From an uncultured Elusimicrobia bacterium (GTDB lineage Bacteria; Elusimicrobiota; Elusimicrobia; 2-01-FULL-59-12): a DNA stretch of 64,000 nucleotides. The stretch lies in contig OY969767.1 in assembly GCA_963702895.1 (NCBI GenBank), positions 192,001-256,000 on the forward strand, written 5' to 3'. This document shows positions 20,454 through 30,965 of this stretch, one piece after another; position 1 is the stretch's first letter; each line of letters starts with the position of its first letter. Both the position numbers and the translations under genes were made by a program. The notes beneath the pieces are model-generated. The model searched no databases and was not told where the DNA came from. It worked only from the letters and a program-made list of their open reading frames with translations.

Positions 20454-21127
20454 TGAACAGCCTCATTTCAGCGCAGGGCTTAACCAAAGTCTATCGAAGA
20501 GGCAATGAGGAAGTGCGGGCGGTCAACGGGGTGGACCTCGAGGTCCAGGCTGGAGAAATGCTCGCGATTACCGGGCCCTCGGGCTCCGGCAAAACAAGTC
20601 TTCTGAATCTCCTCGGCTGTTTGGATAATCCCACAGAAGGCCAGCTCCATGTCAACGGGGAGGATATTTTCGGCACTCAAAAAGGAATGACCGAAACCGC
20701 GCTGACGCGGGTCCGCCGCCAACTGTTTGGCTACATCTTTCAAAAGTTTTACCTGGTACCGACGCTGACGGTGCTGGAAAATGTTCAGCTCCCGCTGATT
20801 TTTTACAAGAACCGTGCCGCCCGCCAAACGCCCGAGAGCCTGTTAAGCCAATTGGGGGTTGGGCACCGGCTTCATCATTTACCTTCCGAACTCTCCGGCG
20901 GAGAGATGCAGCGGGTCGCCATCGCGCGCGCCCTGATCAACGAGCCCAAAATCCTGCTGGCGGATGAACCGACCGGCAACCTGGACACTCACCGAAGCGA
21001 CGAGATCAAAGACATTATGCGTTCACTCGCCCAAGGAGGAATCACGGTCGTCATGGTCACGCATAATCAAAAGATGGCCCATGCCGCAGACCGGATCGTT
21101 GAAATGCGGGATGGAAAAATCGCTTAA
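20453..21127 (+). CDS. ABC transporter ATP-binding protein (LolD/MacB type)
   Basis: [32 protein letters not shown]. Confidence 0.95.
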   Translation: MNSLISAQGLTKVYRRGNEEVRAVNGVDLEVQAGEMLAITGPSGSGKTSLLNLLGCLDNPTEGQLHVNGEDIFGTQKGMTETALTRVRRQLFGYIFQKFYLVPTLTVLENVQLPLIFYKNRAARQTPESLLSQLGVGHRLHHLPSELSGGEMQRVAIARALINEPKILLADEPTGNLDTHRSDEIKDIMRSLAQGGITVVMVTHNQKMAHAADRIVEMRDGKIA

Positions 21128-21296
21128 GGAAGTGGTCGTCTCGCGACCTTTTCGAATGAGCCAACTCTCCGTGCTGCGAAGCCTCCGATCTCGCTAAAAT
21201 CGCATTTTCGGGTCTTGTCCCCCGAGGGCCCCACGTAATACAATAAGAGTGCTCGAGTCCCTCCCCCGGAGGTATTTTCTCGTTCATCGCGCCATT

Positions 21297-21938
21297 ATGA
21301 AGAATTTAAAGCGGATCTTTTGCGCCGCCTGCGTGTCTGTGGGCGTTCTTTTTGTTTTTCGAGCTCGCGTGTGCGCAGAAGTCGTGCTGAGCACCGTCGC
21401 GCCGGAGGGACTTGTGGTCGAAAGCACGGCCACGGTACCAGAACCGTTTACGGATCCTTTGGGAGTTAAGAAACAGAAGATTATCAGCGCTTTTGGTCAG
21501 AGAACCATTCCATTGGAGCTTCGGGCTCCCGTGGCGACCACGGCGCAACTCACCCTCATTCCGGGCGATGAGTCTCATGAGGGGATCGATCTCTCCGCAC
21601 CGCTAGGGTCCCTGGTGCGGGCTTCTCGATCGGGGAAGGTTATCTTTGCTGGTTTTTCCAAGATGTATGTGAGCCGCAAAAACAAGAATGATCAGCATCG
21701 GCTCGTGATCATTCGCCACCCTGACGGGATGAGTTCGCGGTATGTGCACCTCGCGGGGCTGCGAGTGCGGCCGGGGCAGGATGTGGCCACAGGGCAGGCC
21801 ATTGGCAGTCTCTCAGCGTCTGACGAATGGACAGCGCCCGTATTGCATTTTGAAATCCGGGACATCCAGGGCCAGGCGCTGGATCCGGCCGAGGTCCTCG
21901 CGCCGCCCGACTTGGTCTTAGGGGAGTTGAAACCTTGA
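21297..21938 (+). CDS. M23 family metallopeptidase
   Basis: HEGID, YVHL, LHFEIR; signal peptide. Confidence 0.85.
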   Translation: MKNLKRIFCAACVSVGVLFVFRARVCAEVVLSTVAPEGLVVESTATVPEPFTDPLGVKKQKIISAFGQRTIPLELRAPVATTAQLTLIPGDESHEGIDLSAPLGSLVRASRSGKVIFAGFSKMYVSRKNKNDQHRLVIIRHPDGMSSRYVHLAGLRVRPGQDVATGQAIGSLSASDEWTAPVLHFEIRDIQGQALDPAEVLAPPDLVLGELKP

Positions 21939-23317
21939 AGTCTTTATACGTTCTCGTTTTAGCCGCGGGCAAGGGGACCCGGATGAAGTCCGAGCTCCCC
22001 AAGGTCATGCATCCCGTCGCGGGTCGGGTCTTGATTGAACATGTTTTAAGGACGACGGCCGAGCTTAAGGCCCGAGAATTGGGTGTCGTTTTAGGCGCCG
22101 GCCGTGAGCTTGTTCAGAAAACGCTGGCGGAGCACGGCTGGAAAAAACTCCATTACGTGATTCAGCACACCCCCAAAGGGAGCGGTCACGCGGTCCTGAT
22201 GGCCAAGAGCTGGCTCCGTCACAAAAAGGGGTCACTTTTGGTGGTTTACGGGGACACCCCCCTTCTGACACCGCACACGCTGCAGCGTTTGGTGGAACAT
22301 CACGCCGTGTCCGGCAACGCTGCGACGTTTTTAGCGATGGATGTTCCTGACCCGGCCGGTTACGGCCGTATGATTTTGGACGCTGAAGGGTATCTGGAGC
22401 GCATTGCGGAAGAAAAAGACGCTACGCCGGGGGAGCGCGCGATCACGTTGGTCAATTCAGGCGTGGCTTGCTGGGACATCCAGATGCTTCTGGCGGTCCT
22501 CCCGCGCTTGCAGTCGAATAACGCCAAGCGCGAGTATTACTTGACGGACGCGGCCGCCCACATTCGAAGTGTTGGCGGCCGGGTGGGCGTGGTCCGGGCC
22601 AAAGACGCCGATGAGACCCACGGGATCAACACGCGCCTCGACCTGGCGCGGGCGGAAGCTATCTTTCGGCAAAGGGTCCTGGAGCGCTGGATGCAAGAGG
22701 GCGTCACGATCCTCGATCCGGGGACAACTTATATTGACGCGGACGCTCAACTTCAGCCCGACACCCGGATCTGGCCGGGAACGATCATCCAGGGGAGCTC
22801 CCGTATCGGGGCCCGCTGCGAGATTGGCCCCTATACGGTCCTGGAAAGCGCCGTGGTCAAAGATGGCGCGCGCGTCGGGCCTTTTGCGCACCTGCGTCCG
22901 GGGACCGTGATTGAGGAAGGGGCGCGTATTGGCAATTTTGTGGAGATCAAGAAATCCACGGTAGGGCCTGGCTCAAAGATTAATCACCTGAGCTATGTGG
23001 GCGACGCCCACATCGGTGAAGCGGTGAATGTGGGCGCAGGGACCATTACCTGCAATTACGATGGGTTTTCCAAGTTCCAGACATGGATTGAGGACGGTGT
23101 TTTTGTAGGATCCAACGTGAACCTGGTGGCCCCGGTGCGCGTGGGCCGCGGCGCGATCCTTGCAGCAGGTTCAACGATCACCGAAGACGTGAAGCCCGAA
23201 GCTTTGGCGCTGGCGCGATCCCAACAGATGTCCAAACAGGGATGGGCGAAGGCCTTTCGGGCCCAACAGGCCAAAAAGTCAGTCCACCGGAGTCGGAAAG
23301 GGAGTCGACATGAATGA
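21935..23317 (+). CDS. glmU: Bifunctional GlcNAc-1-P uridyltransferase/acetyltransferase
   Basis: [17 protein letters not shown], hexapeptide repeats, NYDG. Confidence 0.97.
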   Translation: MKSLYVLVLAAGKGTRMKSELPKVMHPVAGRVLIEHVLRTTAELKARELGVVLGAGRELVQKTLAEHGWKKLHYVIQHTPKGSGHAVLMAKSWLRHKKGSLLVVYGDTPLLTPHTLQRLVEHHAVSGNAATFLAMDVPDPAGYGRMILDAEGYLERIAEEKDATPGERAITLVNSGVACWDIQMLLAVLPRLQSNNAKREYYLTDAAAHIRSVGGRVGVVRAKDADETHGINTRLDLARAEAIFRQRVLERWMQEGVTILDPGTTYIDADAQLQPDTRIWPGTIIQGSSRIGARCEIGPYTVLESAVVKDGARVGPFAHLRPGTVIEEGARIGNFVEIKKSTVGPGSKINHLSYVGDAHIGEAVNVGAGTITCNYDGFSKFQTWIEDGVFVGSNVNLVAPVRVGRGAILAAGSTITEDVKPEALALARSQQMSKQGWAKAFRAQQAKKSVHRSRKGSRHE

Positions 23318-24245
23318 GCGGCTGAAAGTCTTTAGCGGCAACGCCAACAGGGCGCTTTCGGAGGAAATCTGCAAAATGCTTCATGTGCAGCTGGGAGAGG
23401 CGGAGATTGGCCGTTTCTCCGATGGCGAGATCCGTCTTCAAGTCCTGCAAAATGTTCGCGGGGACGATGTGTTTGTCGTCCAGCCCACCTGTCCCCCCGT
23501 GAACGACCATCTCATGGAGTTGCTCATCATGGTGGACGCTCTTTCGCGTGCGTCGGCTCGACGCATTACCGTTGTGCTTCCCTATTACGGTTATGGCCGT
23601 CAGGACAGGAAGTCCGAGCCGCGCGTGCCGATCTCGGCGAAGCTTGTGGCTAATTTAATCACCGCGGCAGGCGCTGACCGCGTGCTCGCGATGGACCTGC
23701 ATGTGGGGCAGATCCAGGGCTTCTTTGATATTCCCGTGGACCATCTCTATGCGATGCCTGTGTTTTTGGACTACATCCGCAAGAAGCAATTGACCGAAGT
23801 GGTGGTGGTCTCGCCCGATGCCGGAGGCGTGGAGCGCGCGCGGGCTTTTGCGAAGAGGCTCGACGCAGACCTGGCCATCATCGACAAGCGCCGCCCGCGC
23901 GCGAACGTCGCCGATGTCATGAATGTCATTGGTGACGTCAAAGGAAAGACGGCCATCCTCCTTGATGACTTGGTGGATACCGCCGGCACCCTTTGCAAAG
24001 ACGCCGAGGCGCTCAAAACTTTCGGAGCTAAAAAGATCTTTGCGGCGACTTCACACGGGGTCCTCTCCGGGCCGGCCATCGATCGCCTGAACAAGTCGCC
24101 GATTGAGGAGTTGATGATGACCAACTCCATTCCGCTCAAGGGGAATTCCTCCCCGAAAATTACAGTCCTTTCGGTGGCGCCGCTTCTCGCGGAAGCCATT
24201 AAGCGGATCCATGAGGACCAGTCCATCAGCCAGTTGTTCGTATAA
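23310..24245 (+). CDS. prs: Ribose-phosphate pyrophosphokinase
   Basis: [36 protein letters not shown]. Confidence 0.98.
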   Translation: MNERLKVFSGNANRALSEEICKMLHVQLGEAEIGRFSDGEIRLQVLQNVRGDDVFVVQPTCPPVNDHLMELLIMVDALSRASARRITVVLPYYGYGRQDRKSEPRVPISAKLVANLITAAGADRVLAMDLHVGQIQGFFDIPVDHLYAMPVFLDYIRKKQLTEVVVVSPDAGGVERARAFAKRLDADLAIIDKRRPRANVADVMNVIGDVKGKTAILLDDLVDTAGTLCKDAEALKTFGAKKIFAATSHGVLSGPAIDRLNKSPIEELMMTNSIPLKGNSSPKITVLSVAPLLAEAIKRIHEDQSISQLFV

Positions 24246-24323
24246 ACGTCTCCGCCAGACTTCTGGCGGTCCAGTTGACTGGACCCCGGCGTTCGCCGGG
24301 GTGACATGAATGAGGAGAAGCGT

Positions 24324-25064
24324 ATGAAAGAGATCGTTCTGCAAGCCGAAGTCAGGGACCAGCTCACGAAAGGCGCGACCCGATCGCTCCGACAGTCGGG
24401 GCGTGTGCCGGGGATCGCCTACGGAGACAAGGAGGCGCCCCTCGCCCTTTCGGTCGACACGAAGAGCATTCAAACCATCCTCCGTTCGGAGGGGGGGCGA
24501 AACGCCCTCATCAGCCTGAAGATTGGCAAATCCTCGCATCAGGTCTTGATCAAGGAGATCCAGCGCCATCCGATCACCCGCGTGTTCCAGCATGTGGATT
24601 TCCATCGGATCTCACTCAAGAAAATCATTGAGACCAAAGTGCCGCTCCACGTCAAAGGGGAAGCCCCAGGCGTGAAATTGGGAGGTGGGGTGCTCGAGCA
24701 TCTCGTTCGCGAAGTGCCCGTACGCTGCTTGCCGACGGACATCCCGGCAGCGCTGGACTTGGATATTTCCAACCTGCAGATCGGCCAGTCTCTGCGCGCC
24801 AAAGACCTGGTCTTGCCCCAAGGTGTTGAGATCCTCATGGATGCGGAAAGCGTCATCATCCATGTGGTCACGGTCCACGTGGAGGAGGAAGCCCCCGCAA
24901 CCCCCAGTGTCGAGGTGCCTGGAGCAACGACGGAGCCCGAAGTGATCAAGAAGGGTAAAGTGGAAGAAGGCGCTGAAGGCGCTTCCGCTGCTGAGGCCGA
25001 AAAGAAGCCGGGGGCCGCCGCAGCGCCCGCGAAGCCCGAGGTCAAGAAACCCGAAGGCAAGTGA
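24324..25064 (+). CDS. rplY: 50S ribosomal protein L25 / Ctc
   Basis: R.LRQSGRVPG..YG, QRHP, HVDF; acidic Ala/Lys tail. Confidence 0.95.
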   Translation: MKEIVLQAEVRDQLTKGATRSLRQSGRVPGIAYGDKEAPLALSVDTKSIQTILRSEGGRNALISLKIGKSSHQVLIKEIQRHPITRVFQHVDFHRISLKKIIETKVPLHVKGEAPGVKLGGGVLEHLVREVPVRCLPTDIPAALDLDISNLQIGQSLRAKDLVLPQGVEILMDAESVIIHVVTVHVEEEAPATPSVEVPGATTEPEVIKKGKVEEGAEGASAAEAEKKPGAAAAPAKPEVKKPEGK

Positions 25065-25104
25065 CAGACTTGAAAGCATCCGCCAGACATGGGGCGGGTC
25101 CATC

Positions 25105-25620
25105 ATGCCCATCAAACTGGTTGTAGGACTGGGCAATCCGGGCCCCCGCTATGAAGGGACGCGCCATAACATTGGCCGGCGCGTCGTGCAAGATCTGTCC
25201 GGCAAGCTCGCGGGCGCGCATCTTCTGCTCCCGGAGACTTACATGAACAACTCGGGCTTTGAGGTCGCCAAAGTGGCGCAAAAAAAAGGGATTCTTCCGG
25301 ACGAGATCCTGGTGGTCTTGGACGAATTTCAAATACCGCTGGGGCAGATGAAGATTCTCAAAAGCGGCTCCGACGGCGGACACAACGGCTTGAAATCCAT
25401 CGTCGCGTGTCTGGGAACCGAGACGGTGCCGCGTCTTCGTATTGGCATCGGTCCCTTGCCGCCAGGGGAGGACCCGGCCGCCTATGTCTTGAAGCGATTT
25501 TCAAAAACGGAAGAGCAAAAGATGGATCAGGAGGTCCCCGCGATTCGTCAGGCCGTGACGGTGGCTGTCACAGAGGGGCTGGAAACAGCGATGAACCGAT
25601 ACAACAACCGACCGCTATGA
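25105..25620 (+). CDS. pth: Peptidyl-tRNA hydrolase
   Basis: LVVGLGNPG..Y..TRHNIG, TYMN.SG, GGHNGLKSI, RLRIGIG. Confidence 0.95.
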   Translation: MPIKLVVGLGNPGPRYEGTRHNIGRRVVQDLSGKLAGAHLLLPETYMNNSGFEVAKVAQKKGILPDEILVVLDEFQIPLGQMKILKSGSDGGHNGLKSIVACLGTETVPRLRIGIGPLPPGEDPAAYVLKRFSKTEEQKMDQEVPAIRQAVTVAVTEGLETAMNRYNNRPL

Positions 25621-26135
25621 GAGTCAGGGATGTCATGCGCACCTCGGTGATCGTTCTTCCGCAGAACGCGACCCTCCAGGACGTCCTCGACCGATTCATC
25701 AAGCACCATTTGGATTGTCTCCCCATTATCGATGCGGCCCAACGTGTGGTGGGACTGATCACGATTGATGATCTCGTCGATCTTTTTCTGCCTCGTTACT
25801 TCGAGATCCTCAGAGACATTTCGGCCCTCCAGGACAAGGGGCAGCTCACCTCTCTTTTCAACCAGAGCTTCGCGGGGTTGGACGCCCATCATGAGAGATT
25901 GATTTTGGCCGCCGATGTGATGCGCACGCATCTTCCCTGGATCTTGGTGGACGAGTCGCTCCTCGAAGCGGCGGCCACCCTCCAGTCTCAAAACGCGCAG
26001 CGCCTGCCCGTCGTCGATAAAGATCAAAAGCTTGTCGGGCTATTGTCCGATTTTGACGTGATCCTGGCGCTGCTGCGAGGCGCGCCAGTCTCCGTGTCCG
26101 GCGCTCGGCAGCCATCGCCCCATGTCAGACCGTAG
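25617..26135 (+). CDS. CBS-domain pair protein
   Basis: VRDVM, LPIID...VVGLIT..D, LPVVD...LVGLLS..D. Confidence 0.88.
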   Translation: MRVRDVMRTSVIVLPQNATLQDVLDRFIKHHLDCLPIIDAAQRVVGLITIDDLVDLFLPRYFEILRDISALQDKGQLTSLFNQSFAGLDAHHERLILAADVMRTHLPWILVDESLLEAAATLQSQNAQRLPVVDKDQKLVGLLSDFDVILALLRGAPVSVSGARQPSPHVRP

Positions 26136-26225
26136 CCTTTCTTGGCGTCCGACGTGCGACGTCCGACGCCGAAGAAGAAGGGTGCCCTCAGGCGTCGGAC
26201 CTAGGACGTCGGACGGGCTTTGACC

Positions 26226-29200
26226 ATGGATTCTTTCGTTCATCTTCACTCGCACTCCGAATATTCCCTTCTGGATGGTGCCGCGCGCCTGACGGACGAA
26301 AAGGGGAAGCCCGGCGAGCTGCTCAAACGTGTGGCGGACCTCAAAATGCCGGCCCTTGCCCTGACCGACCACGGCAACCTCTATGGCGCCATCGAGTTTT
26401 ATCAGGCGGCCAAGGCCGCGGGCGTCAAGCCCATCATCGGCTGCGAGATGTATCTGGCCCCCAAGTCACGCCTGGACAGGACTTCCGAGCGCGGCCAGGA
26501 AGACGCGTTTTATCATTTCACGCTGCTCGCCCGGGATAACGAAGGCTATCAAAACCTCATCCAGCTCTGTTCCATCGGATTTCTGGAGGGCTATTACTAC
26601 AAGCCGCGTGTGGACAAAGAGGTCCTTGCCCGTTATGGTCAGGGACTGATCGCGCTTTCCGGCTGCTTGAAGGGGGAACTCTCGCAGGCGCTCCTGGCGG
26701 GCAAGGACCAGGCGGCCCTGAAAATCGTGGACGACTATCAGGCGATCTTTGGCAAGGAGAATTATTACCTTGAGCTCATGGACCACGGCATCGCGGACCA
26801 GAAGCGACTGAATGTAAAGCTCCTGGAGCTCTCAAAGAAGACCGGCGTGCCGCTGGTCGTCACCAACGACTGCCACTATCTTAAAAAAGAGGACGCTTCT
26901 GCCCATGACGCCCTGCTCTGCATCGGGACGGGATCCACCCTGGCGGAGCCCAACCGCCTGCGCTTCGAGCAGCCCGAGTTTTATTACAAATCTCCCCAGG
27001 AGATGTATGCCCTCTTCGGGCATTGTCCGGACGCGCTGCGAAGGACGCTCGAGATCGCCGAGCGCTGCCACGTGGACATCAAGTTTGATCAAATGCTCCT
27101 GCCGCACTATGAAGTCCCCGCCGGCACCACGCCGGACGAGTACCTGGAAAAGCTTTGTCGTGAAGGGATGCTGCGTCGCTACGGCGCCGACCAGGCTTCC
27201 TACATGGAGAGGCTGCGCTACGAGCTTTCCGTCATCCACAAGATGGGATTCTCCATGTACTTCCTGATCGTCTGGGACTTCGTCCAATGGGCCAAGTCCA
27301 ACCACATCCCCGTCGGACCAGGCCGCGGCTCGGGGGCCGGGTCGCTCGTGTCCTATGTGCTGGGGATTACGGATATCTGCCCCATGAAGTACGGGCTCCT
27401 CTTTGAAAGGTTCTTAAATCCGGACCGACGCTCGATGCCGGACCTGGACATTGATTTCTCGGATGAGGGGCGCGATCGGGTGATTCAGTACGTGCGCAGC
27501 AAGTACGGCGAAAAGAGCGTCGCCCAGATCATCACCTTTGGATCGATGCTCGCGCGGCTGGTGGTCCGGGACGTGGGACGTGTGATGGGATTTCCCGTGT
27601 CGGAAGTCGACCGGATTGCCAAACTCATTCCTCGCGAGCTGGGCACGACCATCGAGATGGCCCGCAAAAATGTCCCTGAACTCCAGCAGGAGTGCAAGCT
27701 CAACCCTGAAGTGGACAAGCTCCTCGTCACGGCCCAGCGCCTGGAGGGCCTCAAGCGCCATACGGGGGTGCACGCGGCCGGGATCGTGATCGCCAAAGGC
27801 GATCTTACGCAATATGTGCCTCTGGCCAAGGGGGCCAAGGACGTCATCACGACCCAATATAACGATGAAGCGCTCCTCAAGATGGGCCTTCTCAAGATGG
27901 ACTTTTTGGGCCTGCGGACGCTTACCGTCATCCATCACGCCTCACGTCTTGTGCGCGAGCGCGGCAAGCCTCATTTCGACGTCCGCTCGGTGCCGCTCGA
28001 TGACGCGGCCACCTACAAGCTTCTGCAGGACGGCAAAGGGGTTGGCGTGTTCCAGTTGGAAAGCTCCGGCATGCGCGATCTCCTGCGCAAACTTCACCCC
28101 AGCGTTTTCGAGGAGATCATCGCGCTGATCGCCCTCTACCGCCCAGGTCCCATGGGGGCGGGCATGCTTGAAGAATTTGTGAAACGCAAACATAACGCGT
28201 CCGCCGTGAGGTACGACCATCCGAGGCTCGAGCCCATTCTGAAAGAAACCTATGGTGTGATTCTCTATCAAGAGCAGGTGATGAAGATTTCACAGGATTT
28301 CGCAGGGTTCACGCCCGGCCAGGCCGATATTCTCCGCAAGGCCATGGGGAAGAAGATCCCGGAGGAAATTGAGAAGCTGCGCGGCCAATTCATGCAGGGC
28401 GCCAAGGCCAAGGGCATCCGGGACAAGACAGCCCATCATGTCTTTGAGCAGATCGTCACCTTTGGCGGCTACGGCTTCAACAAGTCCCACAGCACGGCTT
28501 ATGGCTTGGTCTCCTATCAAACGGCGTATCTCAAGGCCAATCACCCGCTGGAATTCATGACCGCCCTGCTGACGAGTGAAATTGGGCACAGCGCCATCGG
28601 CAGGGAAGAGGAATCGAAACTCGTCGGTTTCATCGGGGAGGCGGAGGCCATGGGGATCAAGGTCTTGCCGCCGGATGTCGAAAAGTCCTTCAGCGAGTTC
28701 ACGATTGAATATATTGATGTCACCCCGGCGGAAGCCGGGGTCCATACAACGGTCTTGATGGATTCCAACCCCCCTACAACTGGGGGACTGTCCCTTCCTA
28801 TCAGTTACAAGGACGGGGACGGCGTTCGCCGGAATGACGTAAGGGCGATACGGTTTGGCCTGTTGGCGGTGAAGAATGTGGGCGAAGGGGCCGTCCAATC
28901 CATCGTGCAGGTTCGAAAAGAAGGCGGTCCCTTCACTTCTCTTGAGGATTTCTGCCGCCGCATCGACCTTCGCCAGGCCAACCGCAAGGTGCTCGAGTCG
29001 CTCGTCAAGTCCGGGGCCTTTGACCGGTTCAGCAAGGAAGAACCGCACATGAGCAGGCCGAGATTTTTATTTGAGCTGGATGATCTCATGGCGCGTTCCG
29101 CCAAAATCCGTGAAGAGACCCAAAGCGGCCAGGATTCACTCTTTGGATGGGACGAGATGACCTCCAGCGACCGACGCGGGGACGCGGCGACGGCGGGACG

Positions 29201-29918
29201 GAGTGACTGGGCGAGGACGGCAGGACAGGGGGACGGCTCGACAGGGCGGCGAGTCGACTTTGGCTGGTCCGAGCATGAGCTCCTGGCGTGCGAGAAAGAA
29301 GTGCTCGGGTTTTATCTGTCCGGACACCCCCTGGCGCGCTTTCAAAGCGAGTTGAATCTTTTTTCCTCGCATCGCCTCAACAAGCTTCCCGCCTCGGGGA
29401 CCGCGGTTCGGATCGCGGGGATGCTCTCGAACGTGCGCCGGATGGTGACCAAAGCGAAAAAAGAACCTTACGCGCGCTGCCGCTTCGAAGACCTGGAAGG
29501 GGAGGTCGATATCATCGTTTTCCCCAAGGCTTACGCCAGCGGCGTCTCGCAGCTCCTCAAGCCCTCTGCGCTCGTGGTCATCACGGGCAGGCTCAACCGC
29601 CGGGCGGAAGACGGCAACCCGGAAATCCTGGTGGAGGAGATGGTGCCGCTCGAGAGCGCCCGCGAGCAGTACGTGAGCGAACTTCTTGTGCGCATGGCGG
29701 GAACTGGAATGGATGAGACGGTGTTGGAAGATCTGAAAGGCGTGCTGGCCCGTTACCCCGGGCGCTGCCGGGTGTGCCTGGAAGTGCCCGCCCCGCCACA
29801 GGGCACGGTCGTGGTGGAAACGGATGTCACGGTCAAACCTTCACAAGAACTCTTGATGGAGATTGAAAAAAGGCTGGGACACCAGTCCTGGACGATCACT
29901 AAAATAGGACGGGCGTGA
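26226..29918 (+). CDS. dnaE: DNA polymerase III alpha subunit, with in-frame repeat insertions
   Basis: PHP HLHSHSEYSLLDG, GRGSGAGS, PDLDIDF, YGFNKSH, OB domain. Confidence 0.98.
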   Translation: MDSFVHLHSHSEYSLLDGAARLTDEKGKPGELLKRVADLKMPALALTDHGNLYGAIEFYQAAKAAGVKPIIGCEMYLAPKSRLDRTSERGQEDAFYHFTLLARDNEGYQNLIQLCSIGFLEGYYYKPRVDKEVLARYGQGLIALSGCLKGELSQALLAGKDQAALKIVDDYQAIFGKENYYLELMDHGIADQKRLNVKLLELSKKTGVPLVVTNDCHYLKKEDASAHDALLCIGTGSTLAEPNRLRFEQPEFYYKSPQEMYALFGHCPDALRRTLEIAERCHVDIKFDQMLLPHYEVPAGTTPDEYLEKLCREGMLRRYGADQASYMERLRYELSVIHKMGFSMYFLIVWDFVQWAKSNHIPVGPGRGSGAGSLVSYVLGITDICPMKYGLLFERFLNPDRRSMPDLDIDFSDEGRDRVIQYVRSKYGEKSVAQIITFGSMLARLVVRDVGRVMGFPVSEVDRIAKLIPRELGTTIEMARKNVPELQQECKLNPEVDKLLVTAQRLEGLKRHTGVHAAGIVIAKGDLTQYVPLAKGAKDVITTQYNDEALLKMGLLKMDFLGLRTLTVIHHASRLVRERGKPHFDVRSVPLDDAATYKLLQDGKGVGVFQLESSGMRDLLRKLHPSVFEEIIALIALYRPGPMGAGMLEEFVKRKHNASAVRYDHPRLEPILKETYGVILYQEQVMKISQDFAGFTPGQADILRKAMGKKIPEEIEKLRGQFMQGAKAKGIRDKTAHHVFEQIVTFGGYGFNKSHSTAYGLVSYQTAYLKANHPLEFMTALLTSEIGHSAIGREEESKLVGFIGEAEAMGIKVLPPDVEKSFSEFTIEYIDVTPAEAGVHTTVLMDSNPPTTGGLSLPISYKDGDGVRRNDVRAIRFGLLAVKNVGEGAVQSIVQVRKEGGPFTSLEDFCRRIDLRQANRKVLESLVKSGAFDRFSKEEPHMSRPRFLFELDDLMARSAKIREETQSGQDSLFGWDEMTSSDRRGDAATAGRSDWARTAGQGDGSTGRRVDFGWSEHELLACEKEVLGFYLSGHPLARFQSELNLFSSHRLNKLPASGTAVRIAGMLSNVRRMVTKAKKEPYARCRFEDLEGEVDIIVFPKAYASGVSQLLKPSALVVITGRLNRRAEDGNPEILVEEMVPLESAREQYVSELLVRMAGTGMDETVLEDLKGVLARYPGRCRVCLEVPAPPQGTVVVETDVTVKPSQELLMEIEKRLGHQSWTITKIGRA
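28719..28838. repeat. CGTC-type palindromic doublet plus a nested 54-bp insert, in frame within dnaE (40 aa)
   Basis: GTCACCCCGGCGGAAGCCGGGGTCCA ... TGGATTCC[54 bp]GGCGTTCGCCGGAATGAC; same motif as the intergenic copies. Confidence 0.85.
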
Positions 29919-30007
29919 TTAAGTGATGGGCGTGATTAGGTGATTAAGTGATTTAGTGATTAGGGGATGTCCCCTAATCACCCAATCACCTAATTACTAA
30001 ATCACGC
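29911..30007. repeat. Inverted 8-mer tandem repeat (GTGATTAA/G ... TAATCAC)
   Basis: Direct reading; similar array at 45494-45840. Confidence 0.85.
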
Positions 30008-30024
30008 ACAAACAAGGAGGATGT

Positions 30025-30546
30025 ATGGACATCGAACGCAAGAATGGAACAACACTCAAAGGGAACCCCTTTACGCTTCTCGGCGCCGAAGTCAAGGTAG
30101 GCCAGAAGGCGCCGGAGTTTACAGCGCTCGCGGGAGACCTCTCGCCCGTGACGCTGGCCTCCAGTCAAGGAAAGACGCGCATGTTCGTCTGTGTGCCGTC
30201 CTTGGATACGCCGGTCTGTGAGTCGGAGACCCGCCGGTTCAACGAAGAAGCCGCCAAACTCCCCGGTGTGGAAGTGTTCGTGATTTCGGTGGACCTTCCG
30301 TTTGCGCAAGGGCGCTTCTGCCAGACCGCCGGCATCCAGAACGTGAAGTGCCTCTCCGACCACCGCGACACGTCCTTCGGCAAGGCTTACGGCACCCTCA
30401 TCAAGGAGCTCCGGCTTCTTTCCCGCGCAATCTTCATCGTGGGCGCCGATGAGAAGGTCCAGTACGTGGAGTACGTCAAGGAAGTGACCAGCCACCCGAA
30501 TTACGACGCGGCTCTTGGTGCGCTTAAAGCGGGAGCGACCCGCTAA
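30025..30546 (+). CDS. tpx: Thiol peroxidase (Tpx)
   Basis: PSLDTPVC, SVDLPFAQ.RFC, RAIFI; AGGAGG RBS. Confidence 0.95.
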   Translation: MDIERKNGTTLKGNPFTLLGAEVKVGQKAPEFTALAGDLSPVTLASSQGKTRMFVCVPSLDTPVCESETRRFNEEAAKLPGVEVFVISVDLPFAQGRFCQTAGIQNVKCLSDHRDTSFGKAYGTLIKELRLLSRAIFIVGADEKVQYVEYVKEVTSHPNYDAALGALKAGATR

Positions 30547-30693
30547 CCGGAAATCTTCGGTTCATTTTGCCTCATCGTCTGAACTCGATGCACTTTTTTG
30601 TGCCGTCACCCCGGCGAAAGCCGGGGTCCAGTTCAACGACGATGGACTGGATCCCGGTTTTCACCGGGATGACGACAGCTGCAGATTCCCGGC
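30546..30693 (+). mobile_element. 148-bp MITE, copy 1 (intact; empty intron target at 30680/30681)
   Basis: TA|ACCGGAAATCTTC...GCAGATTCCCGGC|TA with an internal CGTC palindromic doublet; near-identical copies elsewhere in the window. Confidence 0.88.
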
Positions 30694-30703
30694 TAAAACA
30701 AGT

Positions 30704-30784
30704 GGGGACGTTGATAACGAAGTAACGAACTCCAAGATGCCAGCCAGATATGGCTGAGTTAGTTGCTTAGTTGCCAACGTCCCC
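30704..30784. repeat. Long imperfect hairpin bounded by GGGGACGTTG/CAACGTCCCC
   Basis: 10-bp perfect terminal IR plus inner stems (AAGTAAC/GTTGCTT, AACTC/GAGTT, CAGCCA/TGGCTG). Confidence 0.7.
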
Positions 30785-30965
30785 TATTGTTCATCACCTC
30801 AAATCAGATTGTCTTTTGGATCTCTTTTCAAGACCCGATCATCCCTAGGCCTATTGGTGCCCTGATATTTAGCCTTCCGCTCTATCGTCCCGCCGCCTGA
30901 AATCCGATAAACTTTCCCAGTTGGATCGGGAGGGGGCGAGCTATCTCGATGGCTCGTCCGCTTTT

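Larger units (their letters stand above)
14295..21271. mobile_element. Putative decayed genomic island at the tRNA-Gln 3' end
   Basis: Interrupts tRNA-Gln...glmU-prs synteny; recombinase and HTH relics; tRNA-3'-like fragment at 21247-21271. Confidence 0.5.

Noticed and set aside
28719..28838. Mini-intein in DnaE
   Set aside because: It is only 40 aa, has no Cys/Ser start or His-Asn end, and the DNA matches the palindromic repeat family.
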